Under the pieces are notes generated by a model. The model made no database searches. It was not told the DNA's origin and worked only from the letters and a program-made list of their open reading frames with translations. From a virus (lineage: Duplodnaviria; Caudoviricetes), in the IMG/VR virus record IMGVR_UViG_3300011767_000002, positions 15,941-79,940 of that record: a stretch of 64,000 bases of DNA, one strand, 5' to 3'. Made by a program: the position numbers and the translations under genes. Positions 1 to 8,940 of the stretch are shown piece after piece. The stretch's first letter is position 1. Every line of letters begins with the position of its first letter.

Positions 1-1115
1 TTGGCACCGTAAGGCAGTCTATCGACCAGAACAGTGTTATCACACCATCCGGTGGACTGTGCGGTGGGAACTTGGTTATTGTCCTTACCGTGCCAGCACT
101 TAGCCGGGTAGTAAGGCTTAATGGGTACTGCAGAAGCTTTCAAGGCAGCGGTAGAACCGCCCAGATATCGAGTCAGGCCGGTATTAACCGTCGAACCAAA
201 TGTCAGCGTAGGATCAAAGATTCCGTTAATCCCTGCAAACTTGGTGATCTGAACAATGCGTTCGTACTCGGTCAATGCCCGTGCAGCAATCAGCGCACCT
301 GCACCGATCGCAAGGACATACACCTTACCGTACCGTTCTTTAAGCAACTTCAACTGTCTCAAAAGTTCGACATGCGCAGTGTCAATTGTCTTGACACCTG
401 AGGAGGCTTCTGGGAATCGAAGTCGATAGCCATGGTAATTTTCCAATGCCAAGCGGGTGATGATCCCATCGATGGCCGGAACGGATTCGTTATATCCAGG
501 CGTTGTTTGGAAGTCATCGCTGTAGACCACAGCTACCGCTACATCACTGCTCTGACCACTGACAATGTACATCGGGGCATTAAATGCCCATGGGCGTGTT
601 TCGTCACCACTGTAATCGGAGATGTAGTAGTAGTGCCAGTGACTGCCTGCTGAACTGGTGGTAGATGATCGAGTCCTCAAATAACCCATTCTGGTCCATC
701 CTGATTCAGGCGTGACCTCATAGCAGTGAGAATAGTAATAGGGAGATGTCCCCGACAATCCTGTCAGGGAATGGGTTCCGTGGCTGGCAGAGCTTATACC
801 CACTGAGTGAGTATGTGCAATCATGCTGTCCTCGGTTCTCTTCCCTACATCCGTTTGACTCTTGACCGGCTTTAGGAAATAATTTCCAGGGGCAGGAAGG
901 CGGAATGTGCTGCCTTCGGTTCCATTCCCGGCATAACTACCACTGGTGTAGTAGTGTCCTATCTTTTTAAATAATTGGGGAAATTTACTGATCTTGACTC
1001 GATCACCGTTAGCCGGCAGGCGACCCGGCATGGCTTCACGAGTCAGACCTTCTACGTATACCCCTGCGTAGGGGGTGGGGTCGAGTCCCACCCCCATGGA
1101 TTTCATACCGATCAT
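1..1115 (-). CDS. Tail-collar-domain protein fused to an alpha/beta-hydrolase-like domain (partial, runs off the left edge)
   Basis: Absent from the ORF track. Manual translation from ATG 1115 is open to the window edge: MIGMKSMGVG...LPANGDRVKISKFPQLFKKIGHYY...TFRLP (collar motif), His motifs HTH and HWH, then GKVYVLAIGAGALIAARAL...KCWHGKDNNQVPTAQS (hydrolase-like). Confidence 0.7.
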   Translation of the reverse strand, partial: MIGMKSMGVGLDPTPYAGVYVEGLTREAMPGRLPANGDRVKISKFPQLFKKIGHYYTSGSYAGNGTEGSTFRLPAPGNYFLKPVKSQTDVGKRTEDSMIAHTHSVGISSASHGTHSLTGLSGTSPYYYSHCYEVTPESGWTRMGYLRTRSSTTSSAGSHWHYYYISDYSGDETRPWAFNAPMYIVSGQSSDVAVAVVYSDDFQTTPGYNESVPAIDGIITRLALENYHGYRLRFPEASSGVKTIDTAHVELLRQLKLLKERYGKVYVLAIGAGALIAARALTEYERIVQITKFAGINGIFDPTLTFGSTVNTGLTRYLGGSTAALKASAVPIKPYYPAKCWHGKDNNQVPTAQSTGWCDNTVLVDRLPYGA

Positions 1116-1119
1116 GTCA

Positions 1120-1719
1120 TTATCCTAGGTGGATGCATAGAACCGCGCCGTAACCTTTCGGTTCTACAATTCCACGATTGTTTGCCGTGGGGATGCTGCT
1201 CCCGCTAGTACTGCCGCCACTGTGGCTATGACTGCTGTGTCCGGCTGTACCGGTGGTTGGACCGTAACGTACTGAGTTTTGTCCGCCGGCTGCACTGGTA
1301 TATACCGGTCCGGACGACCCTGTCAGTTTTGAACCACTGACGCTCGGATGAGTGTGGTTACCATCGCTATCAGTCCACCCACTATGGTAATGTGACTTGA
1401 GTTGTCCTGCCACAACTGTACCGACTGCTTTATTCAAGTTTCGACCACTGCTGTTTTTTGAGTTCCATGCACGAACGAAGGTCGCGTCAACTCCAGCGCC
1501 TGCATTATAATCAGGTAGTCGAAAATGCGCGGCTGACCCTACAGTGGTCTGACCGTGAGTATATCCAAATATCCCGAACAGCACAGGGTTATCCAATACT
1601 GGCAGCCATCCGCCACTGAGTGGCATCCAGGGGGCGCTAACGCTCGCACTGCTTAAGTAGCGGACAGAACCTGCCAGTTTCATTTCGGTGGCGCTAGACG
1701 GATTTTCTAATTTGATCAT
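1120..1719 (-). CDS. Tail-collar / His-rich fibre-tip protein
   Basis: PVLFGIFGYTHG...FRLPDYN...FVRAWN collar motif, QLKSHYHSG, GNHTH and HSSHSH His motifs, and a C-terminal PKGYGAVLCI typical of collar-family fibre tips. Confidence 0.7.
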   Translation of the reverse strand: MIKLENPSSATEMKLAGSVRYLSSASVSAPWMPLSGGWLPVLDNPVLFGIFGYTHGQTTVGSAAHFRLPDYNAGAGVDATFVRAWNSKNSSGRNLNKAVGTVVAGQLKSHYHSGWTDSDGNHTHPSVSGSKLTGSSGPVYTSAAGGQNSVRYGPTTGTAGHSSHSHSGGSTSGSSIPTANNRGIVEPKGYGAVLCIHLG

Positions 1720-1728
1720 TGTCGCCCC

Positions 1729-2328
1729 TTAACTACCGGTGTAAAACATGGATGTACCCTGCGCACAGACACAGAGCGCCATGATCACGTGTTTAGGCAC
1801 TGTTTCAGCGCCCCCTCCCCCGGAAGCAGATGCACTGTGACTATGGCTACCTGACGATGAGAACGTAATAGTGCTTCGTCCAAACCCTTGGTCAGACATC
1901 ATGCCACAGTTCCACAGATAGTCCTGACGAACCGCTTCGTCTACCCAATCGCGGAAACTCACGGTATGGTCATGACTGCCGCCCGATCCTGAAGACCCAC
2001 CGCCATGTCCGTGCCGGCCTACTTCATCGCTAACGGTTTGAAACGGAAGATTACCGACTCGATCATAGGGACGGATAAAGTCGATGATTTCAGGTACCCT
2101 GAAATTTAACCCACTCTTGCCGAACGCATATCCAATCGCATGGAACAACGCCGGGTACTGACTTGGGCTGTAATAGTTACCGTTGGCCAGTAAAAAGTGG
2201 GCAGGGATGGTGCTCTTGGGATACCAGACTAGATCGCCCGGTTGGACCAGTAGGCTGTCAGGGGCTTTCGGGTCGAGCAAATGAGCAGTGTACCTCTTGC
2301 CGTCTGAACCAATTACTTCACCGGCCAT
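1729..2328 (-). CDS. Tail-collar-domain protein
   Basis: FLLANGNYYSPSQYPALFHAIGYAFG...FRVP collar motif, HGH/HDH/HSH motifs, and ETVPKHVIMALCV end. ATG 2328 follows a GGAGA RBS. Confidence 0.8.
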   Translation of the reverse strand: MAGEVIGSDGKRYTAHLLDPKAPDSLLVQPGDLVWYPKSTIPAHFLLANGNYYSPSQYPALFHAIGYAFGKSGLNFRVPEIIDFIRPYDRVGNLPFQTVSDEVGRHGHGGGSSGSGGSHDHTVSFRDWVDEAVRQDYLWNCGMMSDQGFGRSTITFSSSGSHSHSASASGGGGAETVPKHVIMALCVCAQGTSMFYTGS

Positions 2329-2330
2329 AG

Positions 2331-3866
2331 TTAGATCTCCCACCTGCCAGTAGCAGCATTCCAGATGCAGGCAATGTCGTCTCGGCGGTTATACAGGACT
2401 TCGGCATCGGTACCGTTGATGGTTTCGATGGTGGCATCGCCAGACCAGATGACAGGTTCTACCGACGGCAGCTTCCAGAACAACACCATGTCACCGGTCT
2501 TAAGCCCTGTTTTGGCCGGTAGTTTCACTCGACAGTTGGCCACGATCACGTAGCTGTTAAATATTTCGGCATTAGTGTTGACCGACACGACTTGTTTCTG
2601 ACCCGAACGACGAATAGCCTCGGTAAGCTCAATCCTGAGATCATTTATCAACTTACGGATCGCATTGTGTTCTGCTGTATTGACTGCGCTGTCGTTCTCG
2701 AGTCGTGTATTGATGGCCCCTAACAGAACATCTAGTACTTCTTTAAGCCGGAGCGGAGTGAGGAATCGGTTGTTGGCACTTCCTTCTTTAGCCTCCGCAG
2801 TAGAGGCGGTTGGAAAGTTGTCCACAAGACCTAGACCGACTTGTGCTTTGGTGACCGCATGGGGGTTTGATTTGTTGGCGATGTGGGCATCGAGCAAGGT
2901 ACCGGCATGAGTCATGATTGCCTGGTAGGTTCGCTGTGGCGTCATGTACCGGTCGGTTACCGTGGCCGATTCGGCTTCAGCTTGCGTGGCAGTCGGATAA
3001 TTTTCAACCAAACCCAACCCGACTTGTGCTTTGGTGGTCTCATGGGGGTTGTTTTTATTAGCGTTGTGTTCAGCCACTTCTTCTGTGGCAATGCGCTCGG
3101 CCAACAACTGTGACATGGCAGGGGTCATGAACCGATTAAACGCAGTGCCGGCTAACGCTTCTGAGGGAGAAGCGGTTGGAAAGTCATCAACCAAACCCAA
3201 CCCGACTTGTGCTTTGGTGACGGCGTGAGGGTTGGTTTGATCCGCCCGGTGGTTGGCCAGTCGTTCGTCGACCTGGTCAATGGCGTACTGCAGAGTATCG
3301 CGTACATAGATGATCTGCGCGCGTAGCTCATCGTGAGATGCTTCATCGCCGACCAAGATAGCTTGGGCGATCCGTTCCAGTTCCCACACCACGAATTCCC
3401 AACCGTAGGTGTCGCCGATGTCATGGATATGGGGGGCAGGGGGATATGACAGCGGTCGTCCGACGATTGACCCCCATTTAACTGGACGCTCATCAAGGTT
3501 TAGCTCATTGATCAATTCAATGAGGGCATCAAGGTTCCATGAATATTCACCACCGACTACTTGATAGTCGTAACTCACGCGAATAGGCGCCTGTACCTTT
3601 AGCAAGACGACACTTTGAACATCACGGCCGGAACGTAAGGCGGCTTGAGCGTGAGGCTGTGCCAGTAGATAGTCGTCTACTGGTCTTAGGGTTTCGCCTG
3701 TGTCAGCGTTGATTATTTTAAAGGTCTCGGCATAGAAAGAACCTCCTGCCGGGACAAACGCACGTGCACTGTTGGTCAGTATGTCACGCTCTTCTCCAAC
3801 AATGGTGTTGGTAGGTGACGTTGCACTCAGATCTAGCGGGTATTGGACGATTTTAGGTAGGCTCAT
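2331..3866 (-). CDS. Tail fibre protein (phiKZ gp145/146-like) with 3 NPHxVTKAQVGLG repeats
   Basis: N-terminal IVQYPLDLSATSPTN attachment region; three ~50-aa repeats H..N..NPH.(V/T)TKAQVGLGLV(D/E)(N/D)(F/Y)PTA...EA..G....(M/L)TP. Confidence 0.8.
   Translation of the reverse strand: MSLPKIVQYPLDLSATSPTNTIVGEERDILTNSARAFVPAGGSFYAETFKIINADTGETLRPVDDYLLAQPHAQAALRSGRDVQSVVLLKVQAPIRVSYDYQVVGGEYSWNLDALIELINELNLDERPVKWGSIVGRPLSYPPAPHIHDIGDTYGWEFVVWELERIAQAILVGDEASHDELRAQIIYVRDTLQYAIDQVDERLANHRADQTNPHAVTKAQVGLGLVDDFPTASPSEALAGTAFNRFMTPAMSQLLAERIATEEVAEHNANKNNPHETTKAQVGLGLVENYPTATQAEAESATVTDRYMTPQRTYQAIMTHAGTLLDAHIANKSNPHAVTKAQVGLGLVDNFPTASTAEAKEGSANNRFLTPLRLKEVLDVLLGAINTRLENDSAVNTAEHNAIRKLINDLRIELTEAIRRSGQKQVVSVNTNAEIFNSYVIVANCRVKLPAKTGLKTGDMVLFWKLPSVEPVIWSGDATIETINGTDAEVLYNRRDDIACIWNAATGRWEI
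2818..2855. repeat. Perfect 38-bp direct repeat, copy 1 (copy 2 at 4095-4132)
   Basis: TTGTCCACAAGACCTAGACCGACTTGTGCTTTGGTGAC is identical at both positions, including synonymous codon positions. Confidence 0.9.
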
Positions 3867-3890
3867 GACATCCTCGATAAACTGAAAGAA

Positions 3891-3929
3891 ACAAAAGAAG
3901 TCCTGCTGTATCGGTTAGGATACAGCAGG
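3891..3929 (-). terminator. Intrinsic terminator between the two fibre genes
   Basis: Stem CCTGCTGTATC/GATACAGCAGG (3902-3929), followed on the minus strand by a U-rich tract. Confidence 0.6.
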
Positions 3930-3937
3930 TTTAATCG

Positions 3938-6373
3938 TTATTGGAACAGCGCCAATCCTTCATCAAAGACAGATGCCATTTCCGCTAAAGTAGCATCTAG
4001 TTCTTGATCAACTCTCGCTGAAACCAGTGCAGGGGTCATGAACTTATTGGTTGCCGTACCTATCAGTGCGTCTGACGGTGATGCAGTACCATAATTGTCC
4101 ACAAGACCTAGACCGACTTGTGCTTTGGTGACTTGATGTGGGTTGTCCTTCCTGGCTACAAAGTCCTGCAGAGCCTTTATCTCGGCACTGCCTTCAGTAA
4201 ATACCCGAGGATAGAACATGCCTGTCGGTTCGGCGGTGGTCAGATCAGCGACGCTCGCTGGCACCGTGACAGTCGCTGCTGTAAACCGTTTATACGATAG
4301 TTCAGTGACAGAAATGTCGTGATGTGCATTATCCAGTTTAACATACAGATGCATGATAGATTGGACGTCACTGCCTTCCTGTATATAACCAACGGTGAAG
4401 GGGAGTGTGCCGGGAGTCAGTGCCTTAATGACACACCCATCCCAACCAGGAATTTCTCCTTCGGTCTGACCCAGTGTTGAAGCCGCTCCACCGATTTCAA
4501 CCAGTGCTGAGAAGCGCTTATCAGCATTGTACTCAGACGAAAACATCCCCACCGAAACGATCAAGCTGGTATCTACTGTCGGGTCGGCACTACTGGCATC
4601 TACCGTTCCGATTTTTATCCAATGTACCGGGACTTCGATCTGTGTCCCGCCTTCATCAACAATGGTTCTGATTGCTGGATAATTGAACTGAAGCGAATTG
4701 CCGGTTTCAAGGTCGTCCAATCGTCCAGTCAGTTCTTCCAGCGACCCTCCGACAGTCCCGGTGACTTCATTCACCAGTGTGGCGTAATCTTTACCACCTA
4801 GCAGGTCTGCGTTGGCTGCGGTGCCTGTCAGGATATCCGCCTTGGTTTCGTCGTATGTTTTACCTGCAAGCATGGATGAATCAGCCACTTGCTGGCTTCT
4901 GACCCATGCTTGGAAAGTTGGCTGGTCCATGCCAAACGCTTTGGTTGCGTCGGCAGCGGTATCCTCTAGACCAATTTTGTTCGCCAACAGTGCATCAATC
5001 CCTGCTTTATCGTAAGTACCTACTTGAGCAGCTGTGACCTTGTGAGGATTTTCGAAATCGACCATGTGGGCATTGGACGAACCGCCTACCAAGGCATTGA
5101 TTGCATAGCGAGTTGCCAGCGGGGTCATGTACTTCTCGTTAGATGTACCTTCTCCTGCTTCTGCCTGATTAGCAATGCCGTAGTTCTGCACCCATCCCAA
5201 ACCAACCTGGGCTTTGGTTACCCCATGGGGATTTTCGAAATCGCCCATGTGAGTCAGTAGGTCGGCACCCACTGTTTCGCCCAAAACCAAGCTCAGTAGT
5301 CTAGGAGTAATGATTGAGGCATGATCAAATCCTTCGAGTGCGGCTTCGTCTGTAGCCAACCCGATGTTAGGGACATTTCCCAAACCAACTTGTGCTTTGG
5401 TGACGGCGTGCGGATTGCCCCGATCCCCAGCATGTGCGGTAAACGCATTGGCCACGATCGCTTCAATAGCTTCGCGGACCCGTAAGGGGGTCATGTACCG
5501 TGCATTCGAAGAACCGGCTTCAGCTTCTGCTTGGCTGGACAATGCGTAGTTCTGAACGTTCCCCAAACCAACTTGTGCTTTGGTCACCGCGTGAGGATTG
5601 TTCGCATCACTCATGTGGTTGTTCAAGGCCAACATGGCAACAGCGTCGATCAATTGTTTCGTGCGCAACGGGGTCATGTAGCGGTTGTTGACCAACCCAC
5701 CAGTTGCTTCGGCTGGCGCGGCCACCGGGTAGTTATCCACCAAACCCAGACCGACCTGTTCCTTGGTCACCTGATGCGGATTGGCAGTGTTTTCCATGTG
5801 ATCGACCATGCCGCCTTCGTTCTTCTGAACGATGGATTGACCGATCTCTTCCAACATGTCAACCACGTCACCCATGCCGACAAAATCATCGATGTTAAAA
5901 TCGTGATTCACCACCGGAAATTGAACAGGTAGCTCAGTGACTTGTTCCCAGGTAGCAATGCGAGGGTTGTACGCCGTGTTGGCCAATACCTCGGTCATGG
6001 CTTGGTCGTCGAGGACCCACTCACCGCCAATGGTCTGGAACTGCATGCGCAGCTGACCTTCTAAGGCTCGGTCGTAGAAGGTGATGGCGGCGTAGATTGC
6101 CTTTCCAATGGTATGTGAGGCTTGGGCAAAATGATAGCCGAAGCTATAATGAACACCTTCTTCCAGCGGCAGGCCTGCCGCTGGGTTGTTGACGTTGGTG
6201 CCTGCAGGGTACAGACGCAGTTTGACGCTGTCCGCATAGAACGGACCGCTGCGCGGAATGACGTAATAATGGTCAAGCATGCCACGCGAGCGAATCGCTT
6301 GTGTTTCAGAAACCAGGTTGGTCTCTGCGAGCCCCGTCGGATCGAAAGGGTATTGTGGAAGTACAGTACTCAT
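3938..6373 (-). CDS. Tail fibre protein (phiKZ gp145/146-like) with 6 NPHxVT repeats and an inserted globular domain
   Basis: LPQYPFDPTG N-terminus is paralogous to 2331-3866. Five consecutive repeats are followed by a non-repeat segment and then one final repeat. Confidence 0.8.
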   Translation of the reverse strand: MSTVLPQYPFDPTGLAETNLVSETQAIRSRGMLDHYYVIPRSGPFYADSVKLRLYPAGTNVNNPAAGLPLEEGVHYSFGYHFAQASHTIGKAIYAAITFYDRALEGQLRMQFQTIGGEWVLDDQAMTEVLANTAYNPRIATWEQVTELPVQFPVVNHDFNIDDFVGMGDVVDMLEEIGQSIVQKNEGGMVDHMENTANPHQVTKEQVGLGLVDNYPVAAPAEATGGLVNNRYMTPLRTKQLIDAVAMLALNNHMSDANNPHAVTKAQVGLGNVQNYALSSQAEAEAGSSNARYMTPLRVREAIEAIVANAFTAHAGDRGNPHAVTKAQVGLGNVPNIGLATDEAALEGFDHASIITPRLLSLVLGETVGADLLTHMGDFENPHGVTKAQVGLGWVQNYGIANQAEAGEGTSNEKYMTPLATRYAINALVGGSSNAHMVDFENPHKVTAAQVGTYDKAGIDALLANKIGLEDTAADATKAFGMDQPTFQAWVRSQQVADSSMLAGKTYDETKADILTGTAANADLLGGKDYATLVNEVTGTVGGSLEELTGRLDDLETGNSLQFNYPAIRTIVDEGGTQIEVPVHWIKIGTVDASSADPTVDTSLIVSVGMFSSEYNADKRFSALVEIGGAASTLGQTEGEIPGWDGCVIKALTPGTLPFTVGYIQEGSDVQSIMHLYVKLDNAHHDISVTELSYKRFTAATVTVPASVADLTTAEPTGMFYPRVFTEGSAEIKALQDFVARKDNPHQVTKAQVGLGLVDNYGTASPSDALIGTATNKFMTPALVSARVDQELDATLAEMASVFDEGLALFQ
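4095..4132. repeat. Perfect 38-bp direct repeat, copy 2
   Basis: Identical to 2818-2855. Confidence 0.9.
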
Positions 6374-6518
6374 TGTAGCTCTCCGTTGGGATCTCCGCTA
6401 GCGCAGCTGCTAGGGTGTAGTAACTGGCCCAAATTCTGAGTCATTTTAGAAAAAACAAACTGTGTCTAATACGGAATATCAAACAACTGACATACCATTA
6501 TCATGGGAGAGTCGATAA

Positions 6519-7775
6519 ATGTACGAATATCAGCGCGCGGTTGTTAAACACCGCTTGCCCAAGGTCCGCTTCGAAGAAATCGACGCCCGTGCCCTCAGCC
6601 TTAAGACGCTTTTACAGCAATACGCCGAAGTCTATCTGGTGTTGCGGCATTCTGCTCTTACTGGCGATCACACGTTACGGTTGTCGGACATCACCGTTCA
6701 ACTGGCCGCGGTGACAGAAGCGATCACTGTCAGCCAATGGTTGGTTAACAACGGCAATACCACGCTGCCGGTTATCAAGGGTCAACCGCAAGTCAAGACG
6801 CAAGCGGTTATGGCGCGCGATGCATGGCAGGCAGGATTTAAGGTGGACCTGTGTGTCCCAAGCGGTTCGCCCTTCAATGACGCCACTGATTACGACAAGA
6901 CCGACATCTGGTTGACCCGCCCGGAAACCAATTACGTTGCCAATCAGCAACACTGTCTGGCAACGGTCAATGGGCTTGTTCACCGGCTCGATGCTGACAA
7001 AGACGGCATCTATATCAAGGACGGCGGGATCACGTTCCGTATGCAGGAGAATGCCACTGTCGGGTTGATGAGTTTCAGTAATATCGGACGGGTGCATACG
7101 GCCAGCATCACTCCTGAGATGGTCCATAACCTCGACCCTAGTAAGCTCTACTCAGAATGCTTCTACTTGCACTCCCCAATCGACCTGACTAATAAAGTAG
7201 TGGGTATGGTCATCGGCGGGTATCTGCATCTGGCAACCAAGGATGTCACAGTCGTCGGCACCCACAGCGTCAAAGTGGACATGCGGCGCATCCCGTTTCT
7301 GGAACGGTACATGGAATCGCGGTATCAGATTGATCAATCATCCATGGCGCGGTTCCATGAGGTCAGTGCCACTAACGCGCTCGACTACGACATGCAAGGC
7401 TTTTACAGCAACGAATGTATGTTGGAGTTGCTAACGTTGAGCCAGTCGTTCCTGGTGGCCATTGAAGTGGATCACCTGATGACCGAGGTGGTTCCAGCGA
7501 CGCGGACACAGCTACCCGGTCGGTTCTATTTCGATGAACGTCCACTGTGGCCGTTGCGGACTCAGCTGGGCCTCCTGCCCTCGTACCTCTCGGAAGATGA
7601 GAACGGGGTCTGGGTCGTGCGGATCGATAACAACCTGCGTCAACACCGCTTCATGGATACCCGCGATTCTCGCTGGCTACCCAAGGTCGATGAGAAACGC
7701 ATCTCAGGTCAGCCTGAAACTTACCAACGTGGCGAGTTCCTGAAATGGACCCACAGTACGGTCACAATTGTCTAA
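6519..7775 (+). CDS. Putative virion structural protein (phiKZ-family conserved)
   Basis: 418-aa ORF with a GGGAGAG RBS, located within the tail module. No catalytic motif recognised. Confidence 0.55.
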   Translation: MYEYQRAVVKHRLPKVRFEEIDARALSLKTLLQQYAEVYLVLRHSALTGDHTLRLSDITVQLAAVTEAITVSQWLVNNGNTTLPVIKGQPQVKTQAVMARDAWQAGFKVDLCVPSGSPFNDATDYDKTDIWLTRPETNYVANQQHCLATVNGLVHRLDADKDGIYIKDGGITFRMQENATVGLMSFSNIGRVHTASITPEMVHNLDPSKLYSECFYLHSPIDLTNKVVGMVIGGYLHLATKDVTVVGTHSVKVDMRRIPFLERYMESRYQIDQSSMARFHEVSATNALDYDMQGFYSNECMLELLTLSQSFLVAIEVDHLMTEVVPATRTQLPGRFYFDERPLWPLRTQLGLLPSYLSEDENGVWVVRIDNNLRQHRFMDTRDSRWLPKVDEKRISGQPETYQRGEFLKWTHSTVTIV

Positions 7776-7779
7776 CCAC

Positions 7780-7813
7780 CATAGAGGAGGGGCAATTGCC
7801 CCTCCTCACTATG
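7780..7813. terminator. CATA-hairpin-TATG element between convergent genes
   Basis: CATAGAGGAGGGGCAATTGCCCCTCCTCACTATG; no U-tract. Confidence 0.6.
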
Positions 7814-7815
7814 CG

Positions 7816-8079
7816 TTATGGGATATCCATGTCGCTTGAGCCGGTAGCCCCGTGACCGCAGGACGCTACACTCGATACCCGAGTGACTGGAATGCCCTCG
7901 ATGGTCATCCACGGCGAGGCAGTCGCGATGACCGGTCCGGAATGAGGTGCTTTACCGTGCCCGGCGACGGCGTCCCCTAGCAATGAGATCGGACTGCCAT
8001 TCCAAGTCCAATGGGGTGCACCAGGCCCCACAATGACCCCGCCTGCAGAATCTTTACCCACTAACGATACAATGCCCAT
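7816..8079 (-). CDS. PAAR-domain spike tip protein (phiKZ gp163.1-like)
   Basis: 87 aa with PAAR-like NGSPISLLGD and EGIPVTRV motifs and Zn ligands GHGKAPH and SCGH; directly downstream of the spike gene. Confidence 0.85.
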   Translation of the reverse strand: MGIVSLVGKDSAGGVIVGPGAPHWTWNGSPISLLGDAVAGHGKAPHSGPVIATASPWMTIEGIPVTRVSSVASCGHGATGSSDMDIP

Positions 8080-8882
8080 CAGCTCATCCCTTTAAAGTTC
8101 GGTGTCTTAAGGGTCGTGCCACTGCTCTGCAACGTGAACACGCTACCGCCACCGTTTAAGGTGATCTTCTTGGCTTTCACGTCGACGTTATTGACAGCCT
8201 CCAAGTAGATGTTCTTCGGGGCATAACCGTTGATGTCTTGCCTGTTCAGTTCAAAGAAAGTCCCCAGCTGGTTCTGAAGCTTGATGTGAACGTTCTTGGA
8301 ATCGAGAAAGCCATAGTTGCCCAAGTTATCCTGCAACACCACTTTACCGTTGGCCAGATCAAATTGGAAGTCATAGGTGCAGAACTCACCGTTCTTCTGA
8401 CTGGTGGACAGGGTGATGGTTTTCTGATGGCTACTGATCTCCAGAAAATACATGTTCTCCAGATCCAGCCCGTCCTGGTCCATGTTGGGATTGGCTGCAA
8501 TGCCGATCACCACGGTCTCCAAGCGCCGAAGCTTATCATCCTTACCTAAGCTGGTCCAGAAGTATTCGTCGTTACTGCCGAACTGCCAGACCTTGACCAT
8601 CTCGCCCCGCTGGACATCGGGCGGTGTCCGGCGATTGGTGCTGGGTAACCATTTAGCGGTCAGGTTGGTAGACACAAATGCCGACCCGGCCACGGCTTTA
8701 CCGTCACTGTTCTGGCCTTCGTATTCTAAGGGGTCCACCCGCTCGACAATTTCACCGTCTAGAAACGATAGCTTTTCATGTGGGGTAATGATCAATTCAT
8801 CACTGCCTAATTTCTTGTTCTCCGCTGCGGTTCCGATCATCACGCAACGGAACATGCTGACCGTATTGTCAAACATAATCAC
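8079..8882 (-). CDS. Central tail spike protein (phiKZ gp164-like)
   Basis: OB-fold-like N-terminus (PPDVQRGEMVKVWQ) and beta-helix-like C-terminal repeats; translationally coupled to the PAAR gene. Confidence 0.75.
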   Translation of the reverse strand: MIMFDNTVSMFRCVMIGTAAENKKLGSDELIITPHEKLSFLDGEIVERVDPLEYEGQNSDGKAVAGSAFVSTNLTAKWLPSTNRRTPPDVQRGEMVKVWQFGSNDEYFWTSLGKDDKLRRLETVVIGIAANPNMDQDGLDLENMYFLEISSHQKTITLSTSQKNGEFCTYDFQFDLANGKVVLQDNLGNYGFLDSKNVHIKLQNQLGTFFELNRQDINGYAPKNIYLEAVNNVDVKAKKITLNGGGSVFTLQSSGTTLKTPNFKGMS

Positions 8883-8940
8883 CTCTTGTTAAACGAAACA
8901 TACGACACCTATCCTACAGAATTAGGGGAAGGGCTTACCC

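Noticed and set aside
72-653. + strand ORFs 72-401 and 432-653
   Set aside because: They are antisense to a continuous minus-strand ORF with recognisable tail-collar motifs.
2800-5800. Recurring ~35-bp DNA repeats resembling a CRISPR array
   Set aside because: They encode in-frame NPHxVTKAQVGLG fibre repeats. Spacing is ~150 nt or irregular, the copies are degenerate, and there are no cas genes.
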